The notes below the pieces were generated by a model. The model did not search any database, was not told where the DNA came from, and saw nothing but the letters and a program-made list of their open reading frames with translations. Of a stretch of 32,000 bases of DNA, positions 27,285-32,000 are shown piece by piece. This DNA comes from Pirellula staleyi DSM 6068 (GTDB taxonomy: Bacteria > Planctomycetota > Planctomycetia > Pirellulales > Pirellulaceae): assembly GCA_000025185.1 (NCBI GenBank), contig CP001848.1, positions 5,580,001-5,612,000 of the forward strand, given 5' to 3'. Every line of letters begins with the position of its first letter. The stretch's first letter is position 1. The position numbers and the translations under genes are program-made.

Positions 27285-29807
27285 CTACGAATCGCTCGAG
27301 CTGTCGCACGCTGGGAACTCCATCACGATGGCCGTTCCCTTCCCAAGCCCCTCGGATTCGGCCCAAATTTTTCCCCCATGGACTTCCATCACACGCTTGG
27401 CAATGGCGAGCCCGACCCCAGTTCCTTCGACTTCGGGCGAGAGTTGCTCGAAGAGTCCAAAGATTTTTTCGAGGTAGCGCGGCTGCACTCCAATGCCATT
27501 GTCGCGCACTTCCATCACAATTGTGGGTGCTAACGATCGGCAACTAAAGGTGATGCGGGGAACCGCTGCCATTCCCGAAAATTTGATCGCGTTATCGACG
27601 AGATTTTGAAAAAGTTCGTACAAACGAACTTCGTCTCCCATCACGGTCGGGAGATGGGGATCGACAACAAATTCGACATACTTCGAGCCCAGCCGACCAG
27701 CAGCTGCCGATAAGACGCGCCGCACCACATTCCCGAGGACGATCGGGCGCAGCTCGCCGACGAAGCGCCCCACGCGCGACAGCTGCAGCAGTTCGTCGAG
27801 CAAAAGGCTCATGTGCGTCGCAGCATCTTTGATCTCGCGCAAGTCGTCGCGGGCCGCTTGCATTTGCCCCATGTCGAGGTCTTGCTCCAGCACCCCGGCA
27901 AACCCGCTGATGGTGATGAGCGGACTCTTCAAATCGTGCGAAACGGTATACGCAAATCGCTCCAGCTCCGCGTTCTTCATCTCGAGTTGGCGAATCAGGT
28001 TCTCGCGCTCTCGTTCCGCCAGCACTCGGCTGGTCACTTCTTCCACCACTGCGGTCACACCCACCACTTCGCCAGCGATTCCTAAAACGGGGCAGTAATC
28101 GACCAGCCAGTGCCGCTGCTCTTTCGCCCCCAGTCCACTGCGCGTGACCACACAGACATCGCTGACCGACTGACCGGTGGTGATCACACGCTCGAGCGGC
28201 GTCACCATTGGCCCCGCGCTTTCCCCCAGAATCTCTTCGAGCGAACGACCGATCAAACGATCAGCGCGCGAGCCAAATGCCTGAGAAAGCAGGTCATTCA
28301 TCCGCACCAAGCGTCCATGCCGATCAAAAAAGGCAAGTCCCACCGGAGCTGCCGCATAGATTCCTTCGAGCTCATCGAGTTGACGTCGCAGCAGCTGCTC
28401 GTTCCGCCGAATCTGTTCATCGCGGCGCACGCGCTCGGTGACATCCAGCACCATCGACAGATAGCCGACAAAATCGCCACTCAGCGAAAACAAAGGGGTA
28501 TGTCGCCACTCGCAAAAAACCGTGCGTCCTTCTTTCGTCAAATGCTCATCGATACCCAACGTATTGCGCACACCTGAACGAAGCTGAGCGAGCACTTGAA
28601 GTACACCATCACGCGAGCGTTCGGGCACCAACTTTCCAAACGGAAGTTCACCAACCAGCTCTTCGCTCGAGTAGCCAAAAATTGTCTCGACCGCCGGATT
28701 GGCATAAGTGATACGCATATCGGCATCGTTCATCAAACAGCCGATCGGCATCCCATCGAGAATCAGTTGCTGCGTTTCGATCAGTCGCTGCACACGCTGA
28801 CGAAAAGTAAATTGCTGCTGCTGAACTTGATGATCGAGTGTCACATCGCTCATCGTGCCGACGATGCGCCGGGGGCGCTGCTGTTCATCGTAAGCAATGC
28901 GTCCTTGCAGTCGAAGCCAACGATATTCGCCACTCTGTCGCAAACGAAACTCGAGCCCCCCAATTAGCACGCCGGCTCGTAGTTCGCTCACATACTGCTT
29001 GAGTCGCGGCAAATCTTCGGGGTGAATGTTCGACCCCATCTGCATCAGATTACCGAGCGACAGATCATCCTCGATGCCGAAAATCTCGTTGACACCTTCG
29101 GACCACGTCAGTTGCTGGGTCAACAGATCCCATTCATACGTGGCAACACGCCCCGCCTGCATCGCCATCAGCAAGTGCGACCGCTCGCTGCTCAGTTGCT
29201 GCTCGACCTTCAGTCGCTCGACCTCCGCTGACGCGCGTGACGAGAAGATCTCGAGGACTTGTCGCACCATCGAAATGTCGCCGAGCGTTTTCCGCGAGAG
29301 GACCGCCAACAAACCGAGCACCTCCTGCTTGCTGCCACGCAGCGGGATGCCGAGGTACGACTCGATTCCCATGTCGATCAGCATTTGATCGGTGGGAAAG
29401 TACCTCGTTACATTCGCTGGATAGACGCAAACATCCTGGCTCACCACGTTCTCGCAGGGAGTTCCCCCGAGATCGTACTCCACCATTTTCTCGAGTCCCT
29501 CGGGACCATGCATCGAGAGAGTGGCTACACGATCACGCCCGGGGAGAAGCACGCCGACGACGACGTAGTCCATCTTCAGCGTGAGCGCTAGGTGCGTGGT
29601 GAGTTTGTCGAAAAACTCGCGCCCCGTGGAACTGGTCATCCCGAGTGCGGCAGCAGCCAGCAGTTGCTCGGCGGTGGTGCATTGATGCGCTGCAGCTGAT
29701 GACTCAAGATCGGCAATGCGCGCTTTCAGCTGAGCAATTTCCTGGGCGGCGGATAGTGGGGAGGGATGGCTCGTCGTCATCGCATTGGTTTCTCCGCCCT
29801 CGATCAT
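27285..29807 (-). CDS. Cytoplasmic sensor histidine kinase: coiled coil, GAF, about three PAS, HisKA, HATPase_c
   Basis: GAF-like region (LKMDYVVVGVLLPG..GIESYLGIPLRGSKQEVLGLLAVLS). Repeated PAS modules (..ITYANPAVETIFGYSSEELVG.., ..EQRHWLVDYCPV..). H-box FAYTVSHDLKSPLITI. LFQNLVDNAIKF, VRDNGIGV, GTGVGLAIAKRVMEVHGG. No TM segment seen. Start ATG 29807, or ATG 29780. Confidence 0.9.
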   Translation of the reverse strand: MIEGGETNAMTTSHPSPLSAAQEIAQLKARIADLESSAAAHQCTTAEQLLAAAALGMTSSTGREFFDKLTTHLALTLKMDYVVVGVLLPGRDRVATLSMHGPEGLEKMVEYDLGGTPCENVVSQDVCVYPANVTRYFPTDQMLIDMGIESYLGIPLRGSKQEVLGLLAVLSRKTLGDISMVRQVLEIFSSRASAEVERLKVEQQLSSERSHLLMAMQAGRVATYEWDLLTQQLTWSEGVNEIFGIEDDLSLGNLMQMGSNIHPEDLPRLKQYVSELRAGVLIGGLEFRLRQSGEYRWLRLQGRIAYDEQQRPRRIVGTMSDVTLDHQVQQQQFTFRQRVQRLIETQQLILDGMPIGCLMNDADMRITYANPAVETIFGYSSEELVGELPFGKLVPERSRDGVLQVLAQLRSGVRNTLGIDEHLTKEGRTVFCEWRHTPLFSLSGDFVGYLSMVLDVTERVRRDEQIRRNEQLLRRQLDELEGIYAAAPVGLAFFDRHGRLVRMNDLLSQAFGSRADRLIGRSLEEILGESAGPMVTPLERVITTGQSVSDVCVVTRSGLGAKEQRHWLVDYCPVLGIAGEVVGVTAVVEEVTSRVLAERERENLIRQLEMKNAELERFAYTVSHDLKSPLITISGFAGVLEQDLDMGQMQAARDDLREIKDAATHMSLLLDELLQLSRVGRFVGELRPIVLGNVVRRVLSAAAGRLGSKYVEFVVDPHLPTVMGDEVRLYELFQNLVDNAIKFSGMAAVPRITFSCRSLAPTIVMEVRDNGIGVQPRYLEKIFGLFEQLSPEVEGTGVGLAIAKRVMEVHGGKIWAESEGLGKGTAIVMEFPACDSSSDS

Positions 29808-29818
29808 AAAACCGCCAC

Positions 29819-31384
29819 TTATTTTCGATTAAAAGTCTTCAGCAGCCGTCGACCTTTGTAGATGCAGTACGCCTCACGAGGCCCGATGGGACGCCGGGTC
29901 GAACGGGCGGGGAAAAACGCGTGGTCTTGAAAATCGACGACTGCCACACCTCCGAGCCCCTCAATTTTGACCGTGGCAATCAAGGCCCGTTCCCCAAAGA
30001 AATAGCCCATTTGCACGGGCTCAATATCGGTGTAGCCGGCATCGTGTAAGCGCCGCTTCAAACGCTCGACCTCTAGCTTTTCAGCTCGACTCAAACGCTC
30101 GACATCATACTGCCGAATCTCTTCGTGCTCGGCTTGAAAACCGGCAAATGCTGCGTAGATATCGTCGGGGGATAGATCCTCAAGATCCGCAGTAAACGCG
30201 TAGGTTAATGGTCCCGCGATTCCGAGATTGCTATACACACGCTCGTCCCCATCAACCGTCACGCTGTAATGAAAGCGAAACAGATAGCAGGGAACTTCGT
30301 CGTTGTAGCCGGGCCAAAACTGCGTGCGATGATCGAGCAGTTCCAGCCGCGCAGGAGGGAGACCAAACTGCGTCGGCTCGGCAAGCCAGACAGCGAGTTC
30401 TGCTTCAGCGCGCGCTGTGCCGCTCTGATGTTCCGGCTCAATTTTATCGAGTAGCCCAAGCTCTTCCGCATAAGCAATCACGCGCAGTCGAGCCACGGGT
30501 TCAGCTGCGAGTTCTGTCAGGTACTTAATCCCCTGCTCATCCCCCAGCTTGGCCAGCGCCGCAGCCGCTTCGGTTTTCAGGCGACGATGGGCCAGGTCGT
30601 GCACCTGGTAGAGTTTGGGGATCGCCGCTTCACTGCCGATTTGTGCCACCGCATCGCAGAGCGAGACGAGCAGCGCGACACTGCTGGCCACTTTGCGGCT
30701 GAGATCGATCGCACCTGTGGCGTGCTGATCGGGGCGTTCTTCGAGCATCGAGAGGCTCGCGGTCATCTCCCCCAGCAGATGAATCAGCTGCACGCCACGA
30801 TCGGCTGCAGGATGCTCGCTCACCACATTTTCGCGCGTCAGGTAGTTGGCTAAATCGAGGACTGCCGCTGCCACCGGCGCGTGCGAAAGCGCGTCGAGCA
30901 AACGGGGAAATAGCAGTTCGGGTCGAATGCTGCGCTTACGAAACAGCGGGCTCATGGCCCGCGCCAAATCGTTATCGCTGGCAGGCGGGTCGCTCACAAG
31001 CAATTCCACTGCCGACTCAATCGCGGCATCGCTGGCGGTGAGGGTGAGCGCCGCCAGAAGATCGGCTCGCGCGCTCGAACCACTCCCAAGTTGCTCGTAG
31101 AGCGACGAAATCGCAGGGACTTCGTCATCCGAGAGGGGCTCGACATTCTTCGCTGCCGTCCGCCACCGCTGAACCAGTTCGCCAGCCGCCTGTCGCAGCA
31201 GCGCATCGGCTGGCGGCGAGAGTGGCATGTCGAGGCTCGCCACTTCAAACCAGAAGAGCAGGCGCTCACTCGCCGGCGCATCGGCCAGCCAATTGCTGCG
31301 GCGCACGCGCTTTGCCAGTTCAGCCGACGACAATTGACTTGCCGTTTTGAGATCGATCACCAGTGCTTGAAGTCGCTCGTCCAT
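29819..31384 (-). CDS. Hypothetical protein with HEAT/ARM-like helical repeats and an unrecognised C-terminal domain
   Basis: 521-aa ORF with ATG 31384 preceded by AAGGGG. Central segment AAIPKLYQVHDLAHRRLKTEAAAALAKLGDEQGIKYLTELAAEPVARLRVIAYAEELG resembles PBS-lyase/HEAT_2 repeats. The C-terminal ~190 aa (FWPGYNDEVPCYLFRFHY..YCIYKGRRLLKTF) is not recognised. The stop lies 11 nt before the kinase ATG. Confidence 0.6.
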   Translation of the reverse strand: MDERLQALVIDLKTASQLSSAELAKRVRRSNWLADAPASERLLFWFEVASLDMPLSPPADALLRQAAGELVQRWRTAAKNVEPLSDDEVPAISSLYEQLGSGSSARADLLAALTLTASDAAIESAVELLVSDPPASDNDLARAMSPLFRKRSIRPELLFPRLLDALSHAPVAAAVLDLANYLTRENVVSEHPAADRGVQLIHLLGEMTASLSMLEERPDQHATGAIDLSRKVASSVALLVSLCDAVAQIGSEAAIPKLYQVHDLAHRRLKTEAAAALAKLGDEQGIKYLTELAAEPVARLRVIAYAEELGLLDKIEPEHQSGTARAEAELAVWLAEPTQFGLPPARLELLDHRTQFWPGYNDEVPCYLFRFHYSVTVDGDERVYSNLGIAGPLTYAFTADLEDLSPDDIYAAFAGFQAEHEEIRQYDVERLSRAEKLEVERLKRRLHDAGYTDIEPVQMGYFFGERALIATVKIEGLGGVAVVDFQDHAFFPARSTRRPIGPREAYCIYKGRRLLKTFNRK

Positions 31385-31499
31385 AGCCCCTTATCGTAAC
31401 GTTTTTTGGCGAAAAACGGAGGGGCAAGTAGCAGGAATGAACCAGCTGCCGCAAGAGTTCGGCAAGTTCGCTGGCGTGGAAGAAAAAGTGATCTTATCG

Positions 31500-31552
31500 G
31501 GCAAGAAACGAACAAAGCCGCGAGGGTCAGACAAGAAGTCGACACTCGCGGC
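31500..31552 (-). terminator. Intrinsic terminator (minus strand) downstream of the Gfo/Idh/MocA gene
   Basis: Minus-strand reading: GCCGCGAG (31552-31545), a 20-nt loop, CTCGCGGC (31524-31517), then TTTGTTCGTTTCTT. Confidence 0.55.
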
Positions 31553-31646
31553 TCGGAGAGGTTGAACGATCGGTTCCGGCCCAGCTGGAGTCGCCTCGCA
31601 AAAAAGCGGGACGACTGGAGTGGAGGAACCAGGAGCGGCAGATCGC

Positions 31647-32000
31647 TTAGAGCGAGTAGCCGTTCTTCATTTCTGGCTTCACGATGCTGGCAACTTCGGG
31701 AGCGTTGGTAGCGGTGAGGTTCGCCGCATCCCATTCGATCTTCTTGCCAACCACATCGCCTTGGGCCTTCTTCTTCTCGGGGTCTTGTTCGCCAGCGGCG
31801 GCCCAGACAGCGAGGTTACCCAGCAGCACGGTCTCGGTGAGAGGTGCAGCGTAGTTCGGGAAGTTCGACATGGCCGACTCGCCACCCTTGATAGCGGCAA
31901 CCCATTCTTCGAAGTGGCCAGGCGACTTCTTGTATTCCACTTCAGGCTTGGTGATACCACCGAGCATTTGCAGACCACGTTCGGCGTAATCACCAGGAGC
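31647..32000 (-). CDS. Gfo/Idh/MocA-family oxidoreductase, C-terminal part; N-terminus beyond the right edge
   Basis: The frame is open to position 32000 (..APGDYAERGLQMLGGI..). The C-terminal sequence FEEWVAAIKGG..NFPNYAAPLTETVLLGNLAVW..KKIEWDAANLTATNAPEVASIVKPEMKNGYSL matches the conserved tail of planctomycete Gfo/Idh/MocA oxidoreductases. Confidence 0.7.
   Translation of the reverse strand, partial: APGDYAERGLQMLGGITKPEVEYKKSPGHFEEWVAAIKGGESAMSNFPNYAAPLTETVLLGNLAVWAAAGEQDPEKKKAQGDVVGKKIEWDAANLTATNAPEVASIVKPEMKNGYSL

Noticed and set aside
31585-31620. Imperfect hairpin with an A6/T6 run downstream of the Gfo/Idh/MocA stop
   Set aside because: The T-run falls in the loop, not after the stem, and 3 of 15 stem positions mismatch. 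The hairpin at 31517-31552 with a T-rich tail is the better terminator candidate.

Overview
GC-rich bacterial chromosomal window, probably Planctomycetota (Pirellulales-like). That inference rests on a DUF1549/DUF1553 plus DUF1501 gene pair, NPCBM-like and SHD1-like domains, GYF_2 and zinc-ribbon membrane proteins, and many ECF and PAS signalling genes. I support 23 protein-coding genes. Two run off the window edges, and one of these (FHA-EAL, minus strand, 1..773) is missing from the supplied ORF track. I found no rRNA, tRNA, CRISPR array, transposase or integrase. Recognisable genes: guaB, a vapBC-type toxin-antitoxin pair in a lower-GC islet, a ComEA-like HhH protein, a 3beta-HSD/epimerase-family SDR, an enolase-superfamily (MR/MLE) enzyme, an LTXXQ (Spy/CpxP-like) periplasmic protein, an ECF sigma/anti-sigma operon, a fused double ABC-2 permease, a sensor-kinase cluster and a Gfo/Idh/MocA fragment. 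Most long ORFs on the opposite strand of these genes are antisense shadow ORFs typical of high-GC DNA. Observations worth a second look: (1) a 742-bp intergenic region packed with REP-like hairpins carrying a 5' GTAG head, with compensatory stem changes, an inverted REPIN/MITE-like pair, and another copy that supplies the stop codon of a CDS; (2) two paralogous membrane proteins flanking that region; (3) a co-directional cluster of HEAT-like protein, GAF/PAS kinase, single REC, REC-PAS kinase and a small basic protein, with no output domain and a perfect 20-bp palindrome; (4) an ECF sigma / anti-sigma / secreted coiled-coil operon upstream of the DUF1549/1553-DUF1501 pair and divergent from an ATPase-less double permease; (5) a structured ~300-nt non-coding stretch ending in an orphan plus-strand terminator. 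I cannot show that any of these is a genuinely new system. All domain calls come from motif recognition by eye, without BLAST or HMM searches, and several start codons are uncertain.
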